A stretch of DNA of 64,000 bases from an uncultured Acidobacteriota bacterium. Lineage in GTDB: Bacteria > Acidobacteriota > Blastocatellia > Pyrinomonadales > Pyrinomonadaceae. The stretch lies in NCBI GenBank assembly GCA_963718105.1, contig OY970352.1, positions 2,546,237 to 2,610,236 on the forward strand. Direction: 5' to 3'. Under the pieces are notes generated by a model. The model worked only from the letters and a program-made list of their open reading frames with translations, was not told where the DNA came from and ran no database searches. Shown here one piece after another: positions 8,533-18,396 of the stretch (positions are counted from its first letter, which is position 1; each line of letters opens with the position of its first letter). The position numbers were made by a program, and so were the translations under genes.

Positions 8533-10806
8533 TTACTTCTCCACTCGATACACCTTACCTTTCCAGACAACTATCACCTGTTCGCCCAGCGAGAAATACT
8601 GCGCCAGTTCCTTCTCCTGTTTAAGCAGGTTGAAATATTCGTCGGAAGCAAACTTCAGTTTTACTTCGGGAAGTTTTAGCTGTTCCTGAAATTCACTGTC
8701 CACCCAGACACCGCTTTCCTGGTAGAAGGTTTTAATTCCTATTTTCTTAACAGTGCCGGTTTTCAGGGTTTCGTCGTCCGCACCGTCCAGCTTGTAATTA
8801 TTCTGCTGCTCGCGCGCCTCTTTACTGGCCTTGACCGCGTTTGATCCGGTTATGATATCCGCTCCGGCGGTGACCGTAACAGTCTGCGTCGGCGCCGCGT
8901 TGCGGGGATCGTTCGGGCTTCTTACGGTCCCGGACCCTCTGCTTGACGGTGCCATATTGGCGAACGCGCGCTTGTCCGAACCGTCAGTCGCCAGGTAAGA
9001 AGTGTAAGGCGTAACGATGCCGTAGCGGGTGCCGAGATCCACGATCTCGTCGCGCAGTTCCTTCTGGTCGCCGTTGGTGCGGATCTGCTCGACCAGCCAG
9101 CCTACGCGGCGCGTAGCCCAGAGGCGCGGCAGAAAAGTGTTGTCTTCATCGCGGCCCGGGAAATCCAGGTTTTCATAAGTAAAGGTACGAATTTCACTTC
9201 CCTGTTTGCCTTTTAACCGCAGCGTTACGTTGCTCATCGAATTTTGATAGCGCCCGATCAGTGTGATCTGCGTACCTTTAAAGAGGTCGGGCATCTTGCG
9301 CGGGTAAATAAGGTCGGTGTTGACCCCGCCGAAATCCAGCTCAATATCGGTCAGCACCGGAGAGCTGACCTTTGAAAAGAAACTCGAAACCCTTACTTCC
9401 AGATCTTCCTTGGGCTCGACATAGTCGGCCGCGCCGCCGTTTTCCGCCGCGATCTTATCGAGCAGGATGGTGTTCACGTCGTAACCGACACCGAATGTAA
9501 AGACGCGCACGCCTTCGACTTTTTTGTCTCGCAGATTTTGCACGATGCGATCGGCATTGGTTTCACCCACGGTCGGCAAGCCGTCGGTCATAAACACCAG
9601 CATCTTAGGCCGGCTCGAGGAATCAAACTGTTTCATCGCCGCGATCAGCGAATCATTAATATTAGTGCCGCCGGTCGGCTGAAGTTTTTTGACGAATTCT
9701 TCGCCGCGTGATTTTCCGGTCGGGCCGGCGGCGATCAAGGTGTTTTCCATCAGGTGTTCTTCACCGGCAAAGTTGATCACGTTAAAGCGGTCGCCGTCAC
9801 GCAGGCTCCTGATCCCGAAAAGCAAAGCCGAACGCGCTTTTTCCATTTTGCCCGCATCGGCCATCGAACCGCTCGTGTCGAGCACAAAGACGATATCTTT
9901 ATTGACCAGTTCTTTGTCTGAGATCGCGTCTTTCGGCGAGATCGTTAAAAGAAAATAACCGTCCTTGGCGGCTTCGTGATAGGTCACCAGCGAGAGGCCA
10001 AAGTCTTTGTCCGAGAGGCCGTAGAAAAGCTGGAAATCGTTCTGATCGTTTTTGCCGTAAGATTCAAAACTCAGCACGGCTTTGGTTTCGCCCTGCCGTT
10101 TGGTATCGATCGAATGGCTTGGCGAATAAATGCTTCGCAGCGCCTGTTTGCTTTCGATCTCAATGCGGCCGGAAAACACGCCGACCTTGGGGCCCGGCTT
10201 TGCGCCGCCCGATTCTTCGCGGCGATCGATGGTATCAACCCACGCGCGGCGGCCCGTTCCCAACGGATAACGGTAAGCCACCGTTCCGCTTTCGGCTTTT
10301 AACACTTGAGAATAGGTCAGCTCCAGTTTTTTATCGGAATTAGGCGGGATAGGAAAGATCGATGCCTGAAAAAGGTCTTTGCCCGCATATTCGAGCAGGC
10401 CGGGGTCGCGCTGTTTGCGCACGATCTCGTCATAGATCCGGCGCGCTTCTTCGCGCGAACGCACCTCGCCCACCAGTTTCTTGCCGTTTTCCCAGATGGC
10501 AAATTCCACGATCGCCGCATTGTCGGGGATCGGGAAAAAATACGTGCCTTCCAGCGTGTATGGCGTATCGTTGCGAAATACCTGCTCGACGTGGGTGGTA
10601 GCGACCTGGCCGCTTATCTTGGTATCGAGCGAGATGGATTTGATCGGTAAGGCATTTGGCAGCGGACGCTGGGGCACCGGGCGCGGCATACACGGTCTGA
10701 CGTCGCAAATTATCGGCACGATAACACCCTGCGCGTTCGCGCCCGTAACTGAAACAAAACCTACAAACAACAAGCACAGAAAAACCGAAAAGCTCTTTAA
10801 TTGCAT
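8533..10806 (-). CDS. VIT domain plus von Willebrand factor type A (VWA) domain secreted protein
   Basis: The internal ATG at 10806 is preceded by AAGGAG and gives MQLKSFSVFLCLLFVGFVSVTGANAQ. VIT-like region ISGQVATTHVEQVFRNDTPYTLEGTYFFPIP. VWA MIDAS motif IVFVLDTSGSM. Confidence 0.85.
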   Translation of the reverse strand: MQLKSFSVFLCLLFVGFVSVTGANAQGVIVPIICDVRPCMPRPVPQRPLPNALPIKSISLDTKISGQVATTHVEQVFRNDTPYTLEGTYFFPIPDNAAIVEFAIWENGKKLVGEVRSREEARRIYDEIVRKQRDPGLLEYAGKDLFQASIFPIPPNSDKKLELTYSQVLKAESGTVAYRYPLGTGRRAWVDTIDRREESGGAKPGPKVGVFSGRIEIESKQALRSIYSPSHSIDTKRQGETKAVLSFESYGKNDQNDFQLFYGLSDKDFGLSLVTYHEAAKDGYFLLTISPKDAISDKELVNKDIVFVLDTSGSMADAGKMEKARSALLFGIRSLRDGDRFNVINFAGEEHLMENTLIAAGPTGKSRGEEFVKKLQPTGGTNINDSLIAAMKQFDSSSRPKMLVFMTDGLPTVGETNADRIVQNLRDKKVEGVRVFTFGVGYDVNTILLDKIAAENGGAADYVEPKEDLEVRVSSFFSKVSSPVLTDIELDFGGVNTDLIYPRKMPDLFKGTQITLIGRYQNSMSNVTLRLKGKQGSEIRTFTYENLDFPGRDEDNTFLPRLWATRRVGWLVEQIRTNGDQKELRDEIVDLGTRYGIVTPYTSYLATDGSDKRAFANMAPSSRGSGTVRSPNDPRNAAPTQTVTVTAGADIITGSNAVKASKEAREQQNNYKLDGADDETLKTGTVKKIGIKTFYQESGVWVDSEFQEQLKLPEVKLKFASDEYFNLLKQEKELAQYFSLGEQVIVVWKGKVYRVEK

Positions 10807-10901
10807 TATTTTCTCCTTAAGAAACCGGTAAGCGCCGAAGGGGTCCGGCACTTATGATTACTTTAAGAACGCCCCGGTTGCTTTGGTCTTGCAGGAAAAA
10901 T

Positions 10902-10999
10902 GTAGCGCCAGCGTCCCGCTGGCCGTCGTGCGGGCGTCTCGCCCGCGCATAGCTGAAGGCGAGACGCCTTCAGGACAGCCGCCGAGACGGCAGCGCTAC
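10902..10999. repeat. Multi-hairpin GC-rich repeat, family B copy 1 (inverted relative to copies 2 and 3)
   Basis: Outer stem GTAGCGC/GCGCTAC encloses four hairpins: CCAGCG-TCC-CGCTGG, GCGGGCG-TCT-CGCCCGC, CTGAAGGCG-AGA-CGCCTTCAG and GCCGCCG-AGA-CGGC. Its reverse complement aligns with 19001-19110 over most of its length. Confidence 0.85.
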
Positions 11000-11003
11000 G
11001 TGC

Positions 11004-13769
11004 TTACTTCAATATTTCTTCAAAGCATTGCCTTATTTCCAGCCGGTGCGTGGCCAGAGTTTCAAGCAAGCTCGCCGGTGAGCCTAGTTTCAACCTTTTC
11101 GTCACCAGTTCCAGCAGCGGATGCCCCAGGCCCGGCAGACGCGTCGCCCGCCCGGCGGCGAGGCGGATAGCGTGGTCCAATTTACGCAGAAATAAATAAC
11201 CCGCCGACAAGATCTCATAATTCTCATCGCTTAGAATTTTCTTTTCCCGCAATAGCTGCAGCATCGGCAGGGTCGAGCGAAATTCGTCTTCATCCTGAAC
11301 GCCGTGTTTTAGCTGCAGGTACCGGATCAAAAAATAGATATCAAGCAGTCCGCCGGCGCTGTATTTAATATCCGTTTCATTTTGCCGCAGCCGCGGAGCG
11401 CGTTCTTCTTCCAGCCTTAGCCTGACACGGCTGGTCTCTTGTTTTAACTGCGCGTCCGCTGTGTTTTTAGCTTTCCGGTGAAGCATGTTTTTTGCGTCAT
11501 GCTCTAGCCGGCGGCCGAATTCTTCGGCGCCGGCAACCGCGCGGAGTTTTACATACGCCAGCCATTCCCAGATGGCCGCGCGATTTTCCACATATTCGAG
11601 AAAAGTTTTTCCACCGCAGCAGAGCGCTCCGTTCTTGCCGTCGGGACGCAGGCGCAGGTCGACGCGGTAGAGATTTCCGTGGCGGGTAAAACTCGAGATG
11701 GCAGTGACCAGAATTTCTGCCGCCGCCTGGTAAAATTGATGCTGCGCGGGGCCTTGTACTGTTGGCGAATTTTCATCGTCATAAACAAGTATGACATCGA
11801 GGTCCGAGCCGTGGTCCATTCCCCGTCCGCCCAACTTTCCCAGGCCCAGCACGGCGATCCGCAGATCTTCATTTTTATTATCGTAACGCCGTGACAATTC
11901 CCGTTTCATTATCAGTATTCCGGCGTCCAGGCTTGCTTCGGCCAGGGCGGTCTGCAAAATATTTGCCTCGCGCATCCGGATCGCTTCCATAAGATCGTGA
12001 ATGCCTATTTGCAGGTAGATCTTTGACCATTCGGTTCGCAAAACGTCGATCTCATCGCGAAAAGAGCTTTTTTCTTCGATGGCGTTTTGCATCTGCGCAT
12101 AAAAATTTTTCGGATCGAGTTTCGGGCTGTCGTCGTAAGCCGGCACACAATCTATCAATGAAGGATCGGCCGCCAGCATCTCGCTGAAATAATCGGAGAG
12201 GCCGCATATCTTGAGGAGTATTTCCACTTTTTCCGGCGGCAGGTCCTGGCCCGGCAAATATTTTTCCCATGAATCTTTCAGATGCGAAAAATTCCGGCCC
12301 GTTCGCTCGTCATCAAAACCTGCGGGTGTGCTGCTCGCCGTTAAAGGCTGCGCGGGTTGTGGGTCCGTTTCGACAAGCTCACCAAAAAGCTCGCCAAAAA
12401 GTTTTTGAAAGATCCGGCTGACTTCCCCCGTGTGGCTTTTTAGTTTTGCTTCAAAAAAAGCGCGCGCGTTTTCATTCTTATTGCCCATGCGGAGGGCGAC
12501 CATATCTCGCTTCGCTTCATCATCGGGCACGGCGTGGGTTTGCAATCCGTTTTCCATCTGCAGCCGGTGTTCCAGCGTGCGCAAAAAAGCATAGGCGCCT
12601 GATAGCTGGGTAAGCTCGCGTTCATTTAGCAGGCCGCGGTCGGCCAGGCGGCTAAGGCTGATCAGAGTATGCGGCGCGCGGAGCCAGGGGTCGGCGTTTC
12701 CCAGCGCCAACTGCGGCGCCTGCGCGATAAATTCGATCTCGCGAATACCGCCTTGCCCGAGCTTTACGTTAAAGCCGGATTCGTGATGCTGTTCCTGATC
12801 GATGGCCTGTTTGGAAAGCCTGACATTTTTGAGCGCCGTTTCCAGCGAAACTTCTTTCTGATAGATCACATCCTCCAGCGAACTATAAAAAGACCTAAAA
12901 AGGTCCGCGTCTCCTGCCGAACCGCGCGCCCGCAGCAGAACCTGCCGCTCCCAACCGCGCGCCGAAGACCGGTAATATTCCACGGTCTCTTTTAGCGAAA
13001 GCGCGAGCGGTCCGATGCGCCCGTGCGGACGCAGGCGCAGATCGACGCGGTAAGCCGCGCCCTCGCCCGCCTGCTGCCCGACCAAACGCGTTACTACTTC
13101 CGAAAGTTTGATGAAATATTCTTTGTTAGTCACCGCGCCGCGGCTGCCCGTGCCCGATGTCATGCCGTCGTAGGAGTAAAGAAAAAGCAGATCGATGTCG
13201 GAAGCGTAGTTGAGCTCTCTCGAACCGAGTTTTCCCAGCGAAACGACGGAGAATTTTGCCGGCGTATCTCTACTCTTGTCGTCTTTGAACTGCGGCGCGC
13301 CATAGCGGTTATCCAGTTCCTGCCGGGCCAGCCGCAGCGCGTGCTCCAGGATCGCGTCGGCCAGATTTGAAAGCTCTTCCGTCAGTTCCGAGATAGTGGC
13401 CAGCCCGCGGATGTCGCGCAGGTAGATGCGGAGTAGTTCGCGCCGCTGGAAACGGCTGAGCAAAATGTTGGTCTCGAGGCCTGAATTGGTCATCGTGAAC
13501 CGCGCCAGCGATTCCAGCAATTCTTCTTTCCCGCGAACTTTATTTTCCCGCCGCTTTCTGTCGAGCCACAAAAAATATTGCGGGTTTTGCGACAAGGTCG
13601 CCGCCAGCAAGGGGCTGTACGCTGCCAGCGTCAGGACGTCAGACAACAAGGCTTCATTTTTGCCCAGCCTCTGCGCTTCGTGCGGCGCGGACTGTTCCAA
13701 ACGCTCAAAGAATCTCCGCACCCCTTCGGCGTCGGGCAGATCCTTGATAAATGAAGTAATGTCCGGCAT
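11004..13769 (-). CDS. glnE: Bifunctional glutamine synthetase adenylyltransferase / adenylyl-removing enzyme
   Basis: About 920 aa with two nucleotidyltransferase halves (GKLGSRELNYASDIDLLFLY and GKLGGRGMDHGSDLDVILVY) and the overall GlnE architecture. ORF track uses TTG at 13790. The ATG at 13769 (MPDITSF) is more plausible. Confidence 0.9.
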   Translation of the reverse strand: MPDITSFIKDLPDAEGVRRFFERLEQSAPHEAQRLGKNEALLSDVLTLAAYSPLLAATLSQNPQYFLWLDRKRRENKVRGKEELLESLARFTMTNSGLETNILLSRFQRRELLRIYLRDIRGLATISELTEELSNLADAILEHALRLARQELDNRYGAPQFKDDKSRDTPAKFSVVSLGKLGSRELNYASDIDLLFLYSYDGMTSGTGSRGAVTNKEYFIKLSEVVTRLVGQQAGEGAAYRVDLRLRPHGRIGPLALSLKETVEYYRSSARGWERQVLLRARGSAGDADLFRSFYSSLEDVIYQKEVSLETALKNVRLSKQAIDQEQHHESGFNVKLGQGGIREIEFIAQAPQLALGNADPWLRAPHTLISLSRLADRGLLNERELTQLSGAYAFLRTLEHRLQMENGLQTHAVPDDEAKRDMVALRMGNKNENARAFFEAKLKSHTGEVSRIFQKLFGELFGELVETDPQPAQPLTASSTPAGFDDERTGRNFSHLKDSWEKYLPGQDLPPEKVEILLKICGLSDYFSEMLAADPSLIDCVPAYDDSPKLDPKNFYAQMQNAIEEKSSFRDEIDVLRTEWSKIYLQIGIHDLMEAIRMREANILQTALAEASLDAGILIMKRELSRRYDNKNEDLRIAVLGLGKLGGRGMDHGSDLDVILVYDDENSPTVQGPAQHQFYQAAAEILVTAISSFTRHGNLYRVDLRLRPDGKNGALCCGGKTFLEYVENRAAIWEWLAYVKLRAVAGAEEFGRRLEHDAKNMLHRKAKNTADAQLKQETSRVRLRLEEERAPRLRQNETDIKYSAGGLLDIYFLIRYLQLKHGVQDEDEFRSTLPMLQLLREKKILSDENYEILSAGYLFLRKLDHAIRLAAGRATRLPGLGHPLLELVTKRLKLGSPASLLETLATHRLEIRQCFEEILK

Positions 13770-13845
13770 CTTTAGAACGCATTGTACCAATAACCGTTAA
13801 CTGTTGGTAAATGATAAGGACGATGATAAAAACGCCGGACGCGTT

Positions 13846-14532
13846 TTATTTAGTCTGAGGTAGTTTGGTCTTAACCGTTCGATCCGGTTTTACCTTATAG
13901 ATGATAATTCCCCTGGCAAAAATTCTCTGAGTGCCATGTTGAAAAGGCGTAAAGGTTGCCTTTCGCGCGGCGTTTTCACATGCGGAGCGTATTAGCGGAT
14001 GTCCGGCAGCGGTATGCGCGGCTACTACTTTGCCTTCGAATACATCGACCAAAACGCGTACCTTTATTTCCGTTTCGGTTTTGATCCTTAAATGCCGGTT
14101 AATAACAGGCTTTGGTAAATTGAGAGCTTTGCCGTTTAAGATCCCGCCGTCGATACATTTTTTCTTTACGAAACCGTCAAAGTCATAAACTATGGGGCCT
14201 GTGACATAATAATTGATACTATAATTCATACCTGGAGGTGGAAACTTTGTCTCTTTTGCCGCTTTAACGGAAGCTTCGTGCAGAAGCACGTCACCCGAAA
14301 TTGCTTTGGCTTCAACAACCTGGCCTGTCTCACCCCGGAACCTGGTTTCAACTTCCACTTTTCCACCCACGCACAGATCTTCCGCGATCTTCGGATATTC
14401 GGGCTGTACCAGGTTTATTGCTATGTCGTTTAAAACCTTGGGTTTGCCGGTAGATCCGTCTTTTGTCTGAGCACTGCCCGCGACAAAAATTGAAACGATC
14501 AAACATAAAGCAATTGGAAATTTGCCTGACAT
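13846..14532 (-). CDS. Secreted protein with two TonB C-terminal-like domains
   Basis: Signal peptide MSGKFPIALCLIVSIFVAGSAQ. Two segments match the TonB_C pattern (VQPEYPKIAEDLCVGGKVEVETRF..; KVRVLVDVFEGKVVAAHTAAGHPLIRSACENAARKATFTP). AT-richer than its neighbours. Confidence 0.5.
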   Translation of the reverse strand: MSGKFPIALCLIVSIFVAGSAQTKDGSTGKPKVLNDIAINLVQPEYPKIAEDLCVGGKVEVETRFRGETGQVVEAKAISGDVLLHEASVKAAKETKFPPPGMNYSINYYVTGPIVYDFDGFVKKKCIDGGILNGKALNLPKPVINRHLRIKTETEIKVRVLVDVFEGKVVAAHTAAGHPLIRSACENAARKATFTPFQHGTQRIFARGIIIYKVKPDRTVKTKLPQTK

Positions 14533-14611
14533 GAATACACCTCTGTTTATGATCGGAAAAACTTATTTGATTAGACACCGTTTCCTCAGATTTGTTCCAT
14601 GCGTATTGAAT

Positions 14612-14683
14612 CATTCGAAACAGATGAAAGCTGGTAGATGATAACTGACAGATTCCGGATCTCTCTATTATCTATTCCGAATG
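14612..14683. repeat. MITE-like repeat, family D copy 1 (shorter)
   Basis: CATTCGAAA...GATGATAACTGACAGA...TATTATCTATTCCGAATG. It shares its termini and internal blocks with 48997-49075 and 56021-56107. Confidence 0.7.
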
Positions 14684-14740
14684 GTATATTTGGACAACTG
14701 TGCGCTCCCGCTATCGACCCGACTAAGATAAAATCCTTTT

Positions 14741-15610
14741 GTGCTGGAAAGATTCGAATTTCAGGTTGCCCTTGAGGACCATAAAAAACGGCTGGAAGAT
14801 TTTCTGCTCGACCGGTTTCGCTCGCTCAGTAAAATGTATCTGCGCGAGGTGGTGAAAACTGAAAAATGCGAGGTCAACGGGAGGCTGGAAAATCGCGGCT
14901 ACCGGCTCAAGGCGAATGATTTTGTCGAGATCGAGCTGGACACTGCCCGCGAGCATTCGATGAAGCCGCAGAATATTCCCTTCGAAATAATTTTTGAAGA
15001 CGAAGAGCTTTTGGTGGTCAATAAAGCTTCGGGGATGCTCGTCCACCCGACGCACTGGGAAAAGAACGGCACTCTCTTAAACGCCATCACTTATCATTTA
15101 AATAGCGATAAAACAGATTTCATTCGCCCGGGTTTGGTCCACCGGCTGGATAAAGATACCTCAGGGCTGATCGTGATCGCCAAAACTTCGCGTGCCCACC
15201 GGATACTGGCCGATCATTTTCACCGGAAACTGGTCGAGAAACGCTACGCGGCTTTGGTTGGCGGGACCGTAAAAGAAGACGAAGGGACAATCGTTGCTCC
15301 CATCGGCCGCTTTGCCGAAGAAAAATTATGGAATATAAAGGCTGACGGGAAACCTGCCGAAACCCGCTTCCGCGTCGTCAAACGAAGCGAAGATCGGGCG
15401 CTGCTCGAATTAGAACCGGTCACCGGCAGAACCAATCAACTCCGAATTCACTGCGCCCATATCGGGCACCCGATCCTGGGAGATCACCGGTACAACGGGC
15501 GCGAATTCACTCGCCTTTGCCTGCACGCACAAAAGTTAAGTTTCTGGCATCCCAACGGAAACCAGTGGCTGGAGTTTGAAACCAAAATACCGGAAGAGCT
15601 TTGTCTCTAA
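14741..15610 (+). CDS. RluA-family 23S rRNA pseudouridine synthase (RluD/RluC-like, N-terminal S4-like domain)
   Basis: GTG start. Catalytic motif HRLDKDTSGLIVIAKT plus PVTGRTNQLRIH. Confidence 0.88.
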   Translation: MLERFEFQVALEDHKKRLEDFLLDRFRSLSKMYLREVVKTEKCEVNGRLENRGYRLKANDFVEIELDTAREHSMKPQNIPFEIIFEDEELLVVNKASGMLVHPTHWEKNGTLLNAITYHLNSDKTDFIRPGLVHRLDKDTSGLIVIAKTSRAHRILADHFHRKLVEKRYAALVGGTVKEDEGTIVAPIGRFAEEKLWNIKADGKPAETRFRVVKRSEDRALLELEPVTGRTNQLRIHCAHIGHPILGDHRYNGREFTRLCLHAQKLSFWHPNGNQWLEFETKIPEELCL

Positions 15611-15652
15611 ACTCTCTTTTACTTATCAAAACGAGCCGATTTAATGGCTCCC

Positions 15653-15766
15653 AAAAGCGGGCGCAAGCAACCCTTCCAGACCTGAGAGTGTTCGACTTTG
15701 AAGTTTGAAATATAGATCTAAATAAATTTGCAGTCCGGAAGGGCCGCTTGCGCCCGCTCTTAAAAG
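15653..15766. repeat. BIME-like inverted-repeat element, family A copy 1
   Basis: Arms AGCGGGCGCAAGCAACCCTTCC (15656-15677) and GGAAGGGCCGCTTGCGCCCGCT (15737-15758). The ~59-nt linker is the reverse complement of the linker in copy 2. Confidence 0.9.
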
Positions 15767-15826
15767 TTATTGACGGACTTTAAAAGCAGGTCCCCTGGAA
15801 GTTTTTTTGCGGAGTAAAGCCGGATA

Positions 15827-16423
15827 TTAGGCCTTTGTTATCTCGACCCCTTCCTTAAGATCATAAACACCGGGAAGGCGGATGGTAACGGTTTTTGTTT
15901 CCATCACCGGCACTCCCATAAAACTGCAGTGTCCGGTGCCTTCGATATCGCCGCTTTTTATCTTTCTGATCTTGCCGCCTTCTATTTCCAGCATTCCGGG
16001 TTTTATCAAAAAAGACGCTTCGAGTTTGACTGCCAGCGTGCCCAGGGCCTGTCCGAAAACGGTGACTTCCATCGACGGTTCGTGCGATGTTTTTAGCGTG
16101 TGCTCGGTCAGTGAAACGAGCGATTTGGTGCCGGGCGGGTATTTTTCGGTGTCGCAATATTCGCGCAGCGATTTTTGTCTTTTCCAGGTTCCCGCCAGTA
16201 CGTCTTTGGGAATATCTATCGCCAGTAATTCATTCAAATTTTTGATCAAAAGCTCGAATAATCCGTCATAGAATCCGGCCGGCAATTTTACGCCCGGGAG
16301 CTTTTCGCTCATCTTTTGCCTGACATCCTGAAAGGAGTCGCTTTTTTTGAGCGCGTCAGCCTTAGCGGTAGCTTCTTTTTCCAGATCAAAAGCACTGGCC
16401 ATTGTAATAGGTTCATTTTCCAT
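15827..16423 (-). CDS. Hypothetical protein (last gene of a four-gene minus-strand cluster)
   Basis: 198 aa with no signal peptide and no recognised motif. Contains LEIEGG, also present at the C-terminus of the upstream gene product. Confidence 0.65.
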   Translation of the reverse strand: MENEPITMASAFDLEKEATAKADALKKSDSFQDVRQKMSEKLPGVKLPAGFYDGLFELLIKNLNELLAIDIPKDVLAGTWKRQKSLREYCDTEKYPPGTKSLVSLTEHTLKTSHEPSMEVTVFGQALGTLAVKLEASFLIKPGMLEIEGGKIRKIKSGDIEGTGHCSFMGVPVMETKTVTIRLPGVYDLKEGVEITKA

Positions 16424-16469
16424 AACTCACACTCCTACCGGGAATTTTTGAAAGTTCAAACAATTCCGG

Positions 16470-17378
16470 CTAGCCTTCCGAAATGTAATGACTGCCCGGA
16501 TCGAATTTAAACTTTAAGCTGATGCCGGTATCGAGAGAAGGAACGTCACCGCCCTCGATCTCCAATTTTGGATCAGCATCCGGCCGCAGCCCGATACTTA
16601 TCTCCGGAGCGGTAATTGCCGCCGCTGTTTGCGGCGCAGGGCCTCCGCCGCGCGACAGCGCATAGCGGATCCCCGCGAATGTAAAAATACCGATCGTTAC
16701 CAGCGCCGCGATGATCAGAATGAGCAGATACGGCCATTGCCCCGGCGGGGGTGTGTCGCTGCCCGCGATCGTGCCCGATCCGATGTTTGTGTTCGTGTTT
16801 ATGTTGTTTGCCGGCGCGGCGATGTTCGTATTGCTATTACCGTTGCTGCTGCTATTGGCGGGAGTTGGCACATTCGCATTGTTATTAGGCAAAGAGTTAT
16901 TTACCGCGTTATTCGTCGCGTTATTTGTCGCCGAGCCCGTTCCGGAATTGTCGGCGGAATTATTGCCGGCGGCGTTGTTAGATCCGGAAGTGTTTTTATT
17001 ACCGTTCCCCGTATTCGCCGGCCTGGTATTCGTGTTTTTATTTGTTTGGCCGGGGGACGTGTTCGTATTGTTAGGCCTGTTGTCGGGCTGCCTGGGATCG
17101 TTTTGCCTGTTGTCAGGCTGCTTTGGCCTGTTGGCCCGGTTCGCCAGTTGTTCCAACAATTTTTTTAACGCCTCCTGCACAGCGCTGTTGCCGGACCTGT
17201 TGTTTTCAGGTGTTCTCTGTGTCTGGGCGGGAAGCTGTGAGGCAAAACTCAAAGCCATAAGCAAAATAAACGCTGCTTTGGCTAAAAACCAAAACCCGTT
17301 CTTTTTACGCTTCGAGCGATCGGCCGCCAAAACGGCTTCACGTTCCTTCAAGGCTTTATATAAATAATTAGATCCCAT
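16470..17378 (-). CDS. Asn/Thr/Pro-rich low-complexity membrane protein
   Basis: 302 aa. N-terminal anchor FWFLAKAAFILLMALSFA, then ~150 aa of N/T/P/G low complexity (NNTNTSPGQTNKNTNTRPANTGNGNKNT...). A second TM segment WPYLLILIIAALVTIGIFTFAGI is followed by a short C-terminal domain. Confidence 0.6.
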   Translation of the reverse strand: MGSNYLYKALKEREAVLAADRSKRKKNGFWFLAKAAFILLMALSFASQLPAQTQRTPENNRSGNSAVQEALKKLLEQLANRANRPKQPDNRQNDPRQPDNRPNNTNTSPGQTNKNTNTRPANTGNGNKNTSGSNNAAGNNSADNSGTGSATNNATNNAVNNSLPNNNANVPTPANSSSNGNSNTNIAAPANNINTNTNIGSGTIAGSDTPPPGQWPYLLILIIAALVTIGIFTFAGIRYALSRGGGPAPQTAAAITAPEISIGLRPDADPKLEIEGGDVPSLDTGISLKFKFDPGSHYISEG

Positions 17379-17446
17379 TCTAAAATTAATGAGAAAAGAG
17401 ACGGATATGTTACAAAACGCTGCGACGGTATACCTTGCCGGCCGCT

Positions 17447-18379
17447 TTATTTTATCTCTATCGTCAGGGTGAGCGGCGACGGTTTCTCCGCGTTATTTTG
17501 CACCTGTATCACATACTTGCCGTTTTCCTTGAGCCGGGCGCTAAAGCCACCCGTCCCTTCGGTCACGTTGGCGTCGCCTTCGGTCAGGGCGACAGTTACG
17601 TTGTCGGTATTGACAGACACGGTAAGGGTTTGGCCGGCACGGGCGCCCAGCGAATAACGCTTGACGTCGTCGACCGTGACATTGATCGTCGTTTTCGAAG
17701 TTCCCCTGGCAAAGCTGACCTTTTCCTCAGGGTATAACTCTTTCCTGACCTCCGCGCCGGAAGTCTGCAGTTCCTTGCCGTTCCACTTGTATTTGGTCGT
17801 GATAGAAAATTCCGGGCAGCAAGCCCCGCCCGCTTCACCGACGTCATTTCTTTCCACTACCAGCAGGCCGTTTTCCACTTTAGCGCTGCGCAATCCGCCG
17901 TAGGCACGGTCACCGCCTTCAAAACGGGCCATCAGCGCCGGTTTGCCGGCCTTTAGTGTATAAACAAATCCTTCGGTGAATTGGCCCGTTCCACCCGTGT
18001 TGCAATTGGTCAGGATAATTGCTTCTTCTTTGTTATCGGCATCGACGTCGCCATAAGAAATATCGAAGACGTTAAAATAGAAACGGTCGGTGTAATCATC
18101 TTCCTTGGTTTCCTTGGAATACTCGCCGTTCCTGACGGTGACCTTAGCCGGCTCTTCGCCCGCGCAAAACGGATCGTAAGTAAAATTTTTGAAGTCGATC
18201 TTTCTGATGGACCTATCGATGTCGCCTTTACCCGTGGCGCCGTCGCCCGGTATGGTCGCCGCCGAATTTTCCACCTTCGCTGCGTCGGAGTTCGTGTCGC
18301 TTTTTATTCCTGCCGAACAGGAACTGACATTCGCCGCGCAGATCGCTGCTAAAAACATCGGAAGCCAATAATTTCTCAT
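17447..18379 (-). CDS. Putative lipoprotein, unknown function
   Basis: The ATG at 18379 is preceded by GGAGAAAAA and gives MRNYWLPMFLAAICAANVSSCSAG (lipobox-like). C-terminal beta-sandwich-like region (RYSLGARAGQTLTVSVNTDNVTVAL...). Confidence 0.7.
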   Translation of the reverse strand: MRNYWLPMFLAAICAANVSSCSAGIKSDTNSDAAKVENSAATIPGDGATGKGDIDRSIRKIDFKNFTYDPFCAGEEPAKVTVRNGEYSKETKEDDYTDRFYFNVFDISYGDVDADNKEEAIILTNCNTGGTGQFTEGFVYTLKAGKPALMARFEGGDRAYGGLRSAKVENGLLVVERNDVGEAGGACCPEFSITTKYKWNGKELQTSGAEVRKELYPEEKVSFARGTSKTTINVTVDDVKRYSLGARAGQTLTVSVNTDNVTVALTEGDANVTEGTGGFSARLKENGKYVIQVQNNAEKPSPLTLTIEIK

Positions 18380-18396
18380 TTTTTCTCCAACTATAT

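Noticed and set aside
10902-10999. Family B modules as tRNA-like or tmRNA-like genes, because of the closing stem plus 3-4 hairpins
   Set aside because: There is no T-loop (GTTCRANNC) and no D-loop or anticodon-loop geometry. Loops are only 3 nt, and the length (83-110 nt) and the presence of copies in both orientations fit a repeat family better.
10883-11170. 95-aa ORF spanning repeat B1. The same applies to 19056-19301 across B2 and 29561-29755 across B3.
   Set aside because: They translate the GC-rich multi-hairpin repeats into peptides such as AEGETPSGQPPRRQRY and DATTTAGETPALH. This is a repeat-derived artefact, not coding sequence.
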